Virus record (IMG/VR): IMGVR_UViG_3300024999_000045
Span: 66,450 to 130,449 of that record
Length of the DNA: 64,000 nucleotides
DNA from: a virus
Reading direction: 5' to 3' (one strand)
In this document: one piece after another, positions 50,712-60,359 of the stretch
How positions within the stretch are numbered: position 1 is the first letter of the stretch
Layout: each line of letters opens with the position of its first letter
Translations under genes and position numbers: made by a program
Notes under the pieces: generated by a model
Told to the model about the DNA's origin: nothing
Databases searched by the model: none
Seen by the model: only the letters and a program-made list of their open reading frames with translations

Positions 50712-50909
50712 TTAAAAATTCATCATATTAGTAACAACATATTTATTTTTATTACTTAAATCGAAATTAACAAATTTTAAAACTTTTTCGTTATTTTCAA
50801 ATATCCAAGCATTTTTATTATAAAAAGTTGTTTCATTGATTAATTTAAAACCGTTTTTTATTAATTTTATTTTTAACTGCTCATCGAAACAGTATAAAAA
50901 TCTATCCAT
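50712..50909 (-). CDS. Small conserved protein downstream of the portal gene
   Basis: ORF track; GGAGG RBS. Confidence 0.6.
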   Translation of the reverse strand: MDRFLYCFDEQLKIKLIKNGFKLINETTFYNKNAWIFENNEKVLKFVNFDLSNKNKYVVTNMMNF

Positions 50910-50956
50910 ATAATTACCTCCATTAAAAAAAGAACTAACTAAGTTCTTCTAATCTT

Positions 50957-52432
50957 TTAAGCACGACCCTCGTTGCCACCACTATCTTTTGTAGTAGAAC
51001 CTTTAGGACTTAAATCTTCTTCATTGGATTCAGGTCTACCATTTTCATCGCCACTTTGAGTATGTGAATTGCTTAAAGGTATCATCTTATTATGAAGGTC
51101 TAAAAATGTATTTTCTAATTCTAATAGACTTATAAAAGTAGATTGTTTAACCCCACTTGCAACAACTGGAAGTAATTTAGAGTATCCATAAGTTGCATTC
51201 TTGAGATAAATGTCAATCATTTCTTTTCTGTTGTACCAAGTAATAGGTAAAAACGTAAAACTAAAATTATAGTTTTTAGATTCAATTAAATAATCTAATT
51301 TAACATTAAACCATTTTTCATACATACTAAGTAATCTAAACATAATAGATTCATCAGAATTAACACTAAACTTTAATGATAAATTACCGGTACTATTAAA
51401 TAATATTTGGGCAACCCCAGCTTCATTAAATACAGAACGCTCTGCTTTTAATAAATTGTCTTTAGAAACAGACGATTTGTCTTGTAAACTAATTGAATCT
51501 ATTTCTGCTGGAGTTGTTATTAAGTCAACATTATCGTTGTTTTTTATCATTTTTTTAGCATTATCATGTAATTGTAAAGCCTCTTCAAGTTTAAAAATCA
51601 TTTGTTTTTTATCATCTAAAGGTAGTTTTTGAATCAATATTTTAGTAAGTTCTAATTTGTCTTTGGATTTTTCTAATGATTTATAATACTCAAGTTCAAT
51701 TAAAGTATCTAAAACTCCAATAAAAAAAGGCGTTCCTAAATCATCAAATTGAAAACACATTGCATTTTCAGGATTTAGTTGCACCCAAGTGTTATAGCCA
51801 CTTTTAACATTTTTATATTTTGCATATTCAATTCCTATTTCTTTAGGGAATTGTTTTAAAATATTTCTTAAGTCTGTATCAGATTTTATTAGGTCAAAGT
51901 AAATCAAATTAAATTCTACTGCATAATTACCGTCTATTTTATAAGGCGTTCTACAATAATCCGATGGTAATTGTTGAATATCTGAATTTTCATCTTCTTC
52001 TCTTAGATAACCATAAAAAACTCCATCTGTTAAAACTAATTCATTAATCTTAGCAAAACTATCTTTTATAAATAAATTATCAAGGAAACTGTGAACTTTA
52101 TAATAAGATTTTTCAAAATTACTCTCTTTAACACGTTTATGTGTTTGATTTTTTGGAGCCACAAGATAATCAAATGTTAACATATCTGCAAAGTGATGAA
52201 TTAATCTTTTATATAGACCAGATTTATTATAAAAATATCTAGATGCTTCTCTTAGCTTTTTTATATCATTATTATTTATAAATTTTTGAATTTGTTCTTT
52301 TGTATATTTAAGTCTCATATTAGTAGCTTTACTTGTTAATGTATAAAGACCATCTGATAATTTTTTAAATTCAATAGTATCTCGTTCTTTAGTTTTACTT
52401 TTTGGTTCTTTTTTATCTGCGATGACTAGCAC
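50957..52432 (-). CDS. Portal protein
   Basis: About 490 aa directly after terminase; IPLSNSHTQSG...GRP C-terminal pattern. Confidence 0.85.
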   Translation of the reverse strand: MLVIADKKEPKSKTKERDTIEFKKLSDGLYTLTSKATNMRLKYTKEQIQKFINNNDIKKLREASRYFYNKSGLYKRLIHHFADMLTFDYLVAPKNQTHKRVKESNFEKSYYKVHSFLDNLFIKDSFAKINELVLTDGVFYGYLREEDENSDIQQLPSDYCRTPYKIDGNYAVEFNLIYFDLIKSDTDLRNILKQFPKEIGIEYAKYKNVKSGYNTWVQLNPENAMCFQFDDLGTPFFIGVLDTLIELEYYKSLEKSKDKLELTKILIQKLPLDDKKQMIFKLEEALQLHDNAKKMIKNNDNVDLITTPAEIDSISLQDKSSVSKDNLLKAERSVFNEAGVAQILFNSTGNLSLKFSVNSDESIMFRLLSMYEKWFNVKLDYLIESKNYNFSFTFLPITWYNRKEMIDIYLKNATYGYSKLLPVVASGVKQSTFISLLELENTFLDLHNKMIPLSNSHTQSGDENGRPESNEEDLSPKGSTTKDSGGNEGRA

Positions 52433-52440
52433 CTCCTTAC

Positions 52441-55360
52441 TTAATTCTTAAACATAAATTTCGACCAATCATTATTTTTTTTAGATCCGCCAGTTAATTC
52501 ATTTTCTAATATCTTTATATAATAATTTGCATAACCTAAACTACTATATCTATCTTTTCTTGCACCAGAAGTTTCTTTGATTTTAACTTTACCATCATTA
52601 ATGGTATATTCTAAATTAACTAACTCATTAACTAAACTTGTAGTTTGTAAGTATGGAAATTCCATATTGGCTTTTTCTTCTTCTGATTTTCTTATATAAT
52701 CTTTATTATTAATTAAATGTTCCATACCTTCTAATTCATTAACTAATAATTTAATTCTCCCTTTTTGAAAATCATTTCTTAAATATGTTGCAATTTTATG
52801 ATTTATTTCTGCTCCTGCTTTTATACTAAATATTATTGGGAGAGCATTTTCAGAAGTACTTCTCTCTGCCATGTCTTCATTGTTAAAGCAAGTCCAAGCT
52901 TCATATTCGACATCTCTTTCCTCATCGTATAAAACTTTAACACAATCATCAAATATTGAAATTCCGTTCCCATAGGTATCCATAACTACATAGTCAGCTT
53001 TAAAATCCTCATATAACTGTTTTAATCTAATAGCCTGTTTTGTTGAATGTTGTCCATTTAATGACTCTATATAAACCACTTGTTTTTCGTATTCTTCACC
53101 TGAAGGAGTTGGAATTAATCTTATACAAGTAAATATAGTATTATCATTAACATTTCCACCCATCAAGGCCAAATCGACACCAATAACTCTTTTTTCACCA
53201 TTTCTTCGTTCATCTTTTACTTTTTTCTTTTTATCATAGTCAATATTTAAAGTAGGAATGAATGGTTTTTTAAGAACTCTACATTTAGTTACGTCTTCAA
53301 ATTTAAAATAAGCATTTTCATTTTGGCCAAAGAATAAACAGTCCATTTCCATACTCCACGAAATAGAGTCGAAATCCTTTTCTTGCATTTCATCTAAAAC
53401 TTGCTCTTTCATAAGAAGATTTTCGGCAATTGACAATTGATAAGGTAATCCACAAACAAAATACTTTTTACCTTCCAACATTGCTTCTTTATATGCTAAA
53501 AACTTATCCCATGACCAATGACTTTTATACCAAGCAGAACTTATATAAATTTCTTTATTACGTTCTGTTAAATGTTTATATTCTGGTTTATTTAAATAGT
53601 TAGGTTGTCTTGGTGCGGTTAAGAATTTTCTTAAAACTTTATTTATAATAGATAAATCTATCATTCTAAATTCATCCGCAATAACCATATTAGCTCTAGC
53701 ACTACGGGCATTATCATTACTAGCAACTACTTTAATCCAACTGCCATTATGAAAACTAACATAAGTATCATTTGTTCCAGTTTTGAATTCAAATATTTCT
53801 CTTTGCAAATTAGAAGATTTATCTTTTAATTCTGCAACCTTTTCTGAAATTATGTTTCTTGCTTGGCCTTTTGTCGTTATTGTTATCCATAAGGCTTTTT
53901 ATCCCTATGTTCTTACACTTTACCATTGTGTAAGACCAGCATATATTTTCACCTTCAACATTACTTGTTAAGGTGGCGAGCACTCGTGCCAATATTATAT
54001 TCTGTTTTCACAGGTTCAATTGGTATGCGTTACGGTGAGCCACACTTTTTAAAATGTGCTTTACCTCGGTATTATCCCATATAATGGAGGACTTCACCGA
54101 TTTTGCTCTCTAATTGTGAAAAGCATTTCTACTTTAAACGGCTAATCTATTATTCATTTCCACTGCTTTATCATATTTTCTATTAAGATAAATATTTGAA
54201 TTTAAGTAAAATAGTTTTAAAAAAGTTAAGATACTTTTTTTATCATAAATCATTAATTTATAATTACCTTTTCTTTTAATATAAATTTGAGAGGTAATAT
54301 TATGAAGTTTAAAATATTCTTTAATTTCTTCTAATATAATAAGTGATGCGCCAACTATTTCCATAGAGTGACGTAATCTACCATTTTTATCAACTGCACA
54401 ATATAAACATCCGTCGCCATCAACGAATCCCCTTATATAGGCAAAATAAAACTCCTCCTTTATTTTAGGAAGAGCTAAGTTAAATGTTTTATTTGGAATT
54501 ACACCTAAGTTTATTAAATCTTTGCACATTTTAGTTGAGTTTATGACTATTTCGCATGCATTATATGCTTTGTCTTTAATTTTGTTTATTATTTTTTTTA
54601 TATCAACATTTCCGTTAATAAACTCATTAAATTTTTCTAAATGTGGTTTATCTTCTAATTTTAAAGATATTTTCAATCTAGACCCACCATCTTTTTTATT
54701 ATGCACACAACCATCTGCTCCAATAAAACCTAACCAATATGCTTTTTCTTCTGTGTTAATTATTTCAAAAACATCACTATTATATTTATATCTTATCCTA
54801 GATTTTTCATCTTTTATAAGACCCATTTTACGTAGTTTTGATTGAACGGCACTTCTGCTTCTATTCAAATATGTTGACGTATCTTTAATAGTATTAATTC
54901 TAAAGTTATCTTTTAAATAATCAATTTCTTCAATTGACCAATGACCACTAATAACTGTTCCCATTATTCCTCCAATGTTTAATTAGTTATTTGTAGAAAT
55001 GAATTCCTAACCACTTGCCAAAACTATTTTTGTTCCTGGATATAATATACATCTTATTACACAATATATAGCTATTAGAAAAGATTTTCCCTGACCCCTG
55101 GCGGCTAAATACATAAAATAATGTGAATAATCCATCATAAAAATAAGAATTTTCTGGAATAATTTTAATTTAATATTTAAATATTCTTCTGCAAATCTAT
55201 GTGGATTTGCTCTATAAAAAGAAGTCCATAAAGCTATACCATTCATTAGTTTTTCGGACTTAGTTAGATTCTCAACTGTTTTGTTAACAGTTTTAGTCTT
55301 AGTAAATATATTACCATTGTTTTTATTTCTATTTCTATCAACACTAAAATTCTTTGCCAT
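52441..55360 (-). CDS. terL: Terminase large subunit, about 594 aa, split by a group I intron; exons 55360-55010 and 53874-52441
   Basis: Walker A region LAARGQGKS; spliced KIVLASG|TKGQARNII; Walker B ADEFR; nuclease GVDLA...YVVMD...KDRYSS. Confidence 0.93.
53875..55009 (-). mobile_element. Group I intron with a LAGLIDADG ORF placed 5' of the catalytic core
   Basis: Exon ends in U and intron ends in G (...AACAATAACG); P4 UCGGUG/UACCGA; P7 GCAUA/UAUGC; CATTTCTAC/GTAGAAATG complementary flanks around the ORF. Confidence 0.92.
54134..54964 (-). CDS. Intron-encoded two-motif LAGLIDADG endonuclease with an N-terminal Myb-like HTH
   Basis: WLGFIGADG and [10 protein letters not shown]; WSIEEIDYL. 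Confidence 0.92.
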   Translation of the reverse strand: MGTVISGHWSIEEIDYLKDNFRINTIKDTSTYLNRSRSAVQSKLRKMGLIKDEKSRIRYKYNSDVFEIINTEEKAYWLGFIGADGCVHNKKDGGSRLKISLKLEDKPHLEKFNEFINGNVDIKKIINKIKDKAYNACEIVINSTKMCKDLINLGVIPNKTFNLALPKIKEEFYFAYIRGFVDGDGCLYCAVDKNGRLRHSMEIVGASLIILEEIKEYFKLHNITSQIYIKRKGNYKLMIYDKKSILTFLKLFYLNSNIYLNRKYDKAVEMNNRLAV

Positions 55361-56271
55361 TAATCATCACATCCATTTTCTTCGGATGTAAGACTTACCG
55401 TATGCTTTAATATTTCCTCTTCATACATTTTTAAAGAATTATCTTCCATATTTATCATTTTAGCGAAATGACCAGTAAACCAAGTTTTAATATATTTTGC
55501 AATACCATCAACATCTTTAAATTCATCTTCAGGTTCTGGTATTGGTCTTTCATTTTCCCACTTTTTAACCAAATTTCCAAATGTGGCTTGTTCTAATGCA
55601 TTTGCACCAGTTTCTTGTACAGGTTTTATATTTAAATCGGTCATTAGATTACGCAATACATTCATCATTTTTTCATATTGTGCTGGATTTTCTCTTACGT
55701 TTTCAGCAGCTAACATAGTTTTAGATATTTCTTTTAGAAGAATTTTTTGTATAGGAGAACTTGAGTCATAATTTGCTAATAGATCATTATGAAGTTCTTC
55801 AAGAAAAACATATTCTTCTTTTTTATATCCGCCACCCCAAGTCCTTATTATCTGCGGTGTTACCTCATAAGTCAATAAATCAACGAATTTTTCATTATTA
55901 GATGATGTTTTATTAGATATTTCTAAATTATCACTATTTGAAAAATCATAAAGCTTATATTGAGGAAGGCTATTAACCTTTTGCACATACATTCTAATTA
56001 TTGGTGTTTTATTTTTTATATTTTGTATAACTGATTCTACTAAATTATGTTCAAAGTAAATATCAAGATATCTACAAGTGTGATACATTGCAATTTTAAT
56101 ATCAGTATTTTTTGTAATAAAATCTTCATAAAGTTCTACAATACAATCTTTACATATTGACATTTTTTTATCAAACTTACAAATGACACTATTTGTTTGA
56201 TAGAAATCTTCTTCTATTTTATCTTTGCCACACATATTACATTTCTTTTTAATTTTCTTAGAAATCGCCAC
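55360..56271 (-). CDS. Probable terminase small subunit-like protein
   Basis: N-terminal CxxC...CKDC; directly upstream of and overlapping terL. Confidence 0.5.
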   Translation of the reverse strand: MAISKKIKKKCNMCGKDKIEEDFYQTNSVICKFDKKMSICKDCIVELYEDFITKNTDIKIAMYHTCRYLDIYFEHNLVESVIQNIKNKTPIIRMYVQKVNSLPQYKLYDFSNSDNLEISNKTSSNNEKFVDLLTYEVTPQIIRTWGGGYKKEEYVFLEELHNDLLANYDSSSPIQKILLKEISKTMLAAENVRENPAQYEKMMNVLRNLMTDLNIKPVQETGANALEQATFGNLVKKWENERPIPEPEDEFKDVDGIAKYIKTWFTGHFAKMINMEDNSLKMYEEEILKHTVSLTSEENGCDD

Positions 56272-56276
56272 TTATT

Positions 56277-56711
56277 TCACCCCTTGAACATCATCAATAC
56301 TCTATTAATTATCTCTTGTCTTGTTAGCTCACTTCTTTCAATCTTTGCATATTTTTCTATTTCAGAACGACTTCTTACTTTCGTGTCAGCAGGTAAAAAC
56401 AAACGCACATCATTATAAACCTGTTTATACTTTATTAATTGCCTAACAACACTTTCGTCTACCATATTTCTACATTTAGCTTCTATGGCTATATCATCCG
56501 CTAACACATCTATTTGAGTTCCTTCAATGCCTACTTCCATTTGTACATTGCTATATTTTCCTAAATATTTTTTGTAACATTCTATATTAAATTCATATCC
56601 TACTAAGCAATTAATGCGACCTGCGTTATAATCTTTTGTTTCAAATATTTTCAATGCTGCATTAAGGAAATTATTTTTTCTATACATTTCTTTGTGTATA
56701 TTATCAAACAT
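56277..56711 (-). CDS. PD-(D/E)xK nuclease-like protein
   Basis: QIDVLADDIAIEAK...QLIKY. Confidence 0.6.
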   Translation of the reverse strand: MFDNIHKEMYRKNNFLNAALKIFETKDYNAGRINCLVGYEFNIECYKKYLGKYSNVQMEVGIEGTQIDVLADDIAIEAKCRNMVDESVVRQLIKYKQVYNDVRLFLPADTKVRSRSEIEKYAKIERSELTRQEIINRVLMMFKG

Positions 56712-56750
56712 TTAATCACCTCAAAATATTTATATAAATAATTTTTGTTG

Positions 56751-57470
56751 TTATATTTTGTTTTTATAATTTAAATATGTTAATATATTTTGACATCGTT
56801 TCTTATTATAAAACTCTTGTTCAGGATACCATTTGAAAAAATCAATATTTCTTTTCCTAGAGTTGCACAATTTACAAACTGGAATAATATTTTTTATTGT
56901 ATATCCTCCACCTTTTGTTACAGGGATGAAGTGTTCTTGTGTTAATTTTTTTTCGGTACCACAATAAGCGCATTTGTGTTCAAAATATTCTTTACACGCA
57001 TTCCATTGCTCAAGAGTAAAAGTTCTTTCTAAATTTTTCTCTTTTGCCCTTCGGTTGTGATTTTTTATTCTGAGTTTTTCTTTATTATTTTGACAATATT
57101 TTTGTTGAGCCTTTTTTACTTTATCTTTATTCTTTAATTTCCATTTGTCACCATATGCTTTCGCATATTCAATGTAGTATTCTTTGTGTTGTTCTTTATA
57201 CTCTTTAGATTGTTGTTTGATTTTTTCTATATTATTTATATAATAAAGACGTCTTAGTTCTTTAAGTCTGATTTTATTTTTTTCCTTATAAATCTTCATA
57301 TATTTATTATGTTTTTCTTTATTGGTTTCATTATATAAATGCCTTTGCTGCTTAAGGCATTTAATACATACATGCCTAAATCCGTCTTTGCTTCCTTTTT
57401 CTCTTTTTTCAAAATATTCATTAGTTGCTGGCAATTCTTCATTACACTTACTGCATATTTTAGTTTTCAT
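56751..57470 (-). CDS. HNH endonuclease
   Basis: CAYCG...QEHFIPVTKGG...NIIPVCKLCNSRK; likely start MKTKIC after a GGAG RBS. Confidence 0.9.
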   Translation of the reverse strand: MKTKICSKCNEELPATNEYFEKREKGSKDGFRHVCIKCLKQQRHLYNETNKEKHNKYMKIYKEKNKIRLKELRRLYYINNIEKIKQQSKEYKEQHKEYYIEYAKAYGDKWKLKNKDKVKKAQQKYCQNNKEKLRIKNHNRRAKEKNLERTFTLEQWNACKEYFEHKCAYCGTEKKLTQEHFIPVTKGGGYTIKNIIPVCKLCNSRKRNIDFFKWYPEQEFYNKKRCQNILTYLNYKNKI

Positions 57471-57619
57471 TAATACTCTCCATTGTATTTTATTCTCCAA
57501 ATTAAACATGCAAAAAGCACAGTTGGAGTACTGTGCTTGTCAGGAGCTACCCTATTTTGCAAAAAAAATATCTTATCTTTCATTTAAAAGAATATGTTTT
57601 CGTTTAAAAGAATTTGTTT

Positions 57620-57694
57620 TGGAGCTTGCTAGAGGATTTGAACCCCTAATACCCTGCTTACAAGGCAGGTGCCCTACCATTAGACAAAGCAAGC
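57620..57694 (-). tRNA. tRNA-Thr (anticodon TGT)
   Basis: Cloverleaf: acceptor GCTTGCT/AGCAAGC, anticodon arm CCTGC-CTTGTAA-GCAGG, TTCAAAT T-loop, encoded CCA. Confidence 0.95.
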
Positions 57695-57698
57695 AAAT

Positions 57699-57980
57699 AA
57701 AAAAAACACCCTCGCGAGTGTTTATGTTCTGACTTGGTACGCATTGTTAAGAGGCTTATCAGATTCTGTTTATGAATATACAAGTCGCATTTTATGGTAG
57801 CGAAACACCACTTTTAAAACTCTCCACTTTGTGGTAGGAGCTCACCAATTTTAACGTTCCCTACTATTTGGCAAGGGGTTTCCATTCTTCTTTGTTTGGG
57901 ATTTTCACCCATTTCATTGTTTAAATCACTAGTGCTTTATTCTCTGGTTGAAACACCGAACATTCCGTCTTGCTAATATG
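57699..57980 (-). ncRNA. Candidate structured non-coding RNA ending in an intrinsic terminator
   Basis: ORF-less, GC-enriched; several helices (GCAAG/CUUGC, GGG-UGAAAAU-CCC, GACUUG/CAAGUC); terminator AAACAC-UCGCGAGG-GUGUUUUUUU. Confidence 0.45.
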
Positions 57981-57986
57981 GTTAAA

Positions 57987-58664
57987 TTACTTTGCTTTCC
58001 AAAAATAGTGACCACCTATTTGTTTATCAAATATTGCCCAATTACCAAAATTACAAGTAGGAGTTGCAAAGTATAGAACATCATCATCTACTGATTTTTC
58101 ACCATTTAGTGCAGCTTGTACTGCATTTATAGTTGACTCTGTTGGAACTACTCTGTTAATAGCACCATTACTTACAACTTGAAACTGATTCTTTGCATAA
58201 ATAACACCAGTAATTGTATTAGGGAATTTAGGACTTTTAACTCTATTTAATATTACATTTACAACAGCAACTTTACCCATATGTGGTTGATTTCCAGACT
58301 CTGACTGAACACATTTATATAGAAGATTTAATTCTGTACTAGAAATATTAAATTCAGTCATAGTTTCTCTAATACTAACCCCTCTTGAAATTGCTTGAGG
58401 TTTATTCACTGTTTGTGTTTTTATATTTATACTATCATTTAATTCATTGATTTTATTATTACTTTTTTCTAATTCTTGGTTTTTGGTATCATTATTTATC
58501 TTTAACTCATTAACTTGTTTATGTAAAGAAATCATTTTTGTATTTTGATTATTTATAATTTCCTTTTGTTTATTTATTGTTTTCAATTGAATTCCTAAAA
58601 AACATCCAATAAATAAAGCCATTAACACATATAGTAATATTGTTTTTTTAAACAAATAATTCAC
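57987..58664 (-). CDS. SleB/CwlJ-like cell wall hydrolase (Hydrolase_2) with TM anchor and coiled coil
   Basis: LYKCVQSESG...VAVVNVILNRV...FPNTITGVIY...QF...IGGHYF. Confidence 0.88.
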   Translation of the reverse strand: MNYLFKKTILLYVLMALFIGCFLGIQLKTINKQKEIINNQNTKMISLHKQVNELKINNDTKNQELEKSNNKINELNDSINIKTQTVNKPQAISRGVSIRETMTEFNISSTELNLLYKCVQSESGNQPHMGKVAVVNVILNRVKSPKFPNTITGVIYAKNQFQVVSNGAINRVVPTESTINAVQAALNGEKSVDDDVLYFATPTCNFGNWAIFDKQIGGHYFWKAK

Positions 58665-58683
58665 TCCAATTTTTTAGATTAGA

Positions 58684-60030
58684 TTATACATAACTATTTA
58701 TAATAGACTCTAATCCTTTTTTATCATCCCAAACAAATGCTTGTGCTTTCTTTTGACCACCAACATAACCACTATTGTAAGTCCAAGCGTCATTTCCACA
58801 AATTGCACTTATCCATCTGAATATAATTCCATTTTGCTCATCAATCATTTTTTCTTTATGAAAATGTGAAAGATGAAATTCTCTATACTTAGCTTTTCCC
58901 CATAATTCAGGTACGTCATTTTGCATACAATATACTATGTTCTTGCGCTCATCTGCCCCATGCGCCCAACCAATTAAAGAATCGCCAATAAGTCTATATT
59001 TTCTATTATTAAAAATAGAATCAACTTTAACGTCTACTTCTTTTTGAAATTCAAAATGCCAATAAATAGCTTCTGTCATAGTAAAAGATGTTACTTTATC
59101 ATGATTTCCACCAACATAAATTACTTCTACTGGAGCAATTTTTGCTAGTTCATGTATTATTAATATTGTATTTTTAAGTAATATTTTATATAAAACATCA
59201 TACTTAACATCAGTATCTTGCGCTGTTCCTTTGGTTGTTGTATTGAATATACCATCAATATTCGCAAAATCTTGACCTGTTAAAAATATTATTTTTTTAA
59301 TGTTATAATGTTTTGTTTTGTTAATTATGTCATAAACAACATCCCATAACCTTTGAATTCCAATCTCTGTTGAATATTCATTTCTTGTTTCATCTATACA
59401 ACATAATTTATTAATATGAACATCTGCTAAATTTATTTCTAGTGTTTTACCTTCTTCACAATAAGAAGTTGTTGGCTTATTTTTTATATCATCAATTTTA
59501 ATATCTTTTAAAACTTCTTTAATCCATTCAATATTAAATGTACTCTTAACTGGTTTAACGCTGATTTTGCTAGAATATAATTCTTGAATTCCATTCTTTT
59601 TACTATTCATATTCCAAATGCTACTCTTAGCTGAAATAAGTTCCCAAGCATTACTATCATAGGAGTGGGATTTTAGTAAGAACTCTGGTGTCTTAGACTG
59701 TTCCTCATTCATAAGTATTAATTTATCACTTGATTGTGAACCGTCATTGTTAATTTCAATCTTACTATGCTTTTTCTGTATATCTTCAATATCAAGTTTA
59801 TTTAAAGTTTCTCTATATTGATTCTCTTTAAAATATTTTAATACTGCATAACTACCAAATTCACCTTGACAAGATTTTCTTAGTGTATCTCTATGTATAT
59901 CTAACCCCAATATATCAACAATATCTTGCCAATCTAAATCAGGTGAATTATTACTCATTTTATCTTCAATTAACTTTAATCCATATTCAAAAACGCTTTC
60001 TTTTTCATCCCTTTTAATCACTTTTACCAT
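58684..60030 (-). CDS. Metallophosphoesterase-fold protein with an N-terminal helical extension
   Basis: ADVHIN, GQDF, GGNHD, WAHG and SHFH motifs. Confidence 0.8.
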   Translation of the reverse strand: MVKVIKRDEKESVFEYGLKLIEDKMSNNSPDLDWQDIVDILGLDIHRDTLRKSCQGEFGSYAVLKYFKENQYRETLNKLDIEDIQKKHSKIEINNDGSQSSDKLILMNEEQSKTPEFLLKSHSYDSNAWELISAKSSIWNMNSKKNGIQELYSSKISVKPVKSTFNIEWIKEVLKDIKIDDIKNKPTTSYCEEGKTLEINLADVHINKLCCIDETRNEYSTEIGIQRLWDVVYDIINKTKHYNIKKIIFLTGQDFANIDGIFNTTTKGTAQDTDVKYDVLYKILLKNTILIIHELAKIAPVEVIYVGGNHDKVTSFTMTEAIYWHFEFQKEVDVKVDSIFNNRKYRLIGDSLIGWAHGADERKNIVYCMQNDVPELWGKAKYREFHLSHFHKEKMIDEQNGIIFRWISAICGNDAWTYNSGYVGGQKKAQAFVWDDKKGLESIINSYV

Positions 60031-60151
60031 CCTTTTAATCACTTTTTCAGGTGTTTTATACCCTTTTACTGCATTGCAAGAGACTCTTGATGCATTATTT
60101 GCTATTGTTTTTATGCATTAACAAATTTCTTACAAATTGTAAGCGTTGCTA

Positions 60152-60250
60152 AGTTGCCTTTTTTAAAACATATATTAAATTCTTTTTTACATTTATGTTT
60201 ACATTTCAAACATTCATCTAAAACATAAAATTCTTGTTTAGTAGCCATAT
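60152..60250 (-). CDS. Small Cys-rich ORF (32 aa, MATKQEFYVLDECLKCKHKC...)
   Basis: Translated by hand; GGGTG RBS. Confidence 0.4.
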
Positions 60251-60359
60251 AGTTTCACCCTTTTACCTATTTATTATTATGTTTATATTTTACAATGATT
60301 TAATTAAATCTATCTCTAATACATATATAGACAACTAAGGCTTTTTGCAAGTCATTTTG

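Noticed and set aside
49064-50909. Possible group I intron or intein between portal and protease
   Set aside because: No P7 core or in-frame exon joining; the portal ORF ends normally with a terminator, so the nuclease gene is free-standing.
57620-57694. tRNA-Thr as an integration (att) site
   Set aside because: The tRNA is full length with phage genes on both sides and no adjacent integrase; a better attP lies at 13052-13101.
57755-57765. CUGAUAAG in the candidate RNA resembles a hammerhead ribozyme core
   Set aside because: It does not match CUGANGA, and no correctly placed GAAA or stems were found.
60040-60250. Possible frameshift at TTTAAAAAG extending the 32-aa Cys-rich ORF toward the phosphoesterase gene
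   Set aside because: Not a full slippery heptamer, the immediate -1 frame soon stops, and no stimulatory structure is evident.
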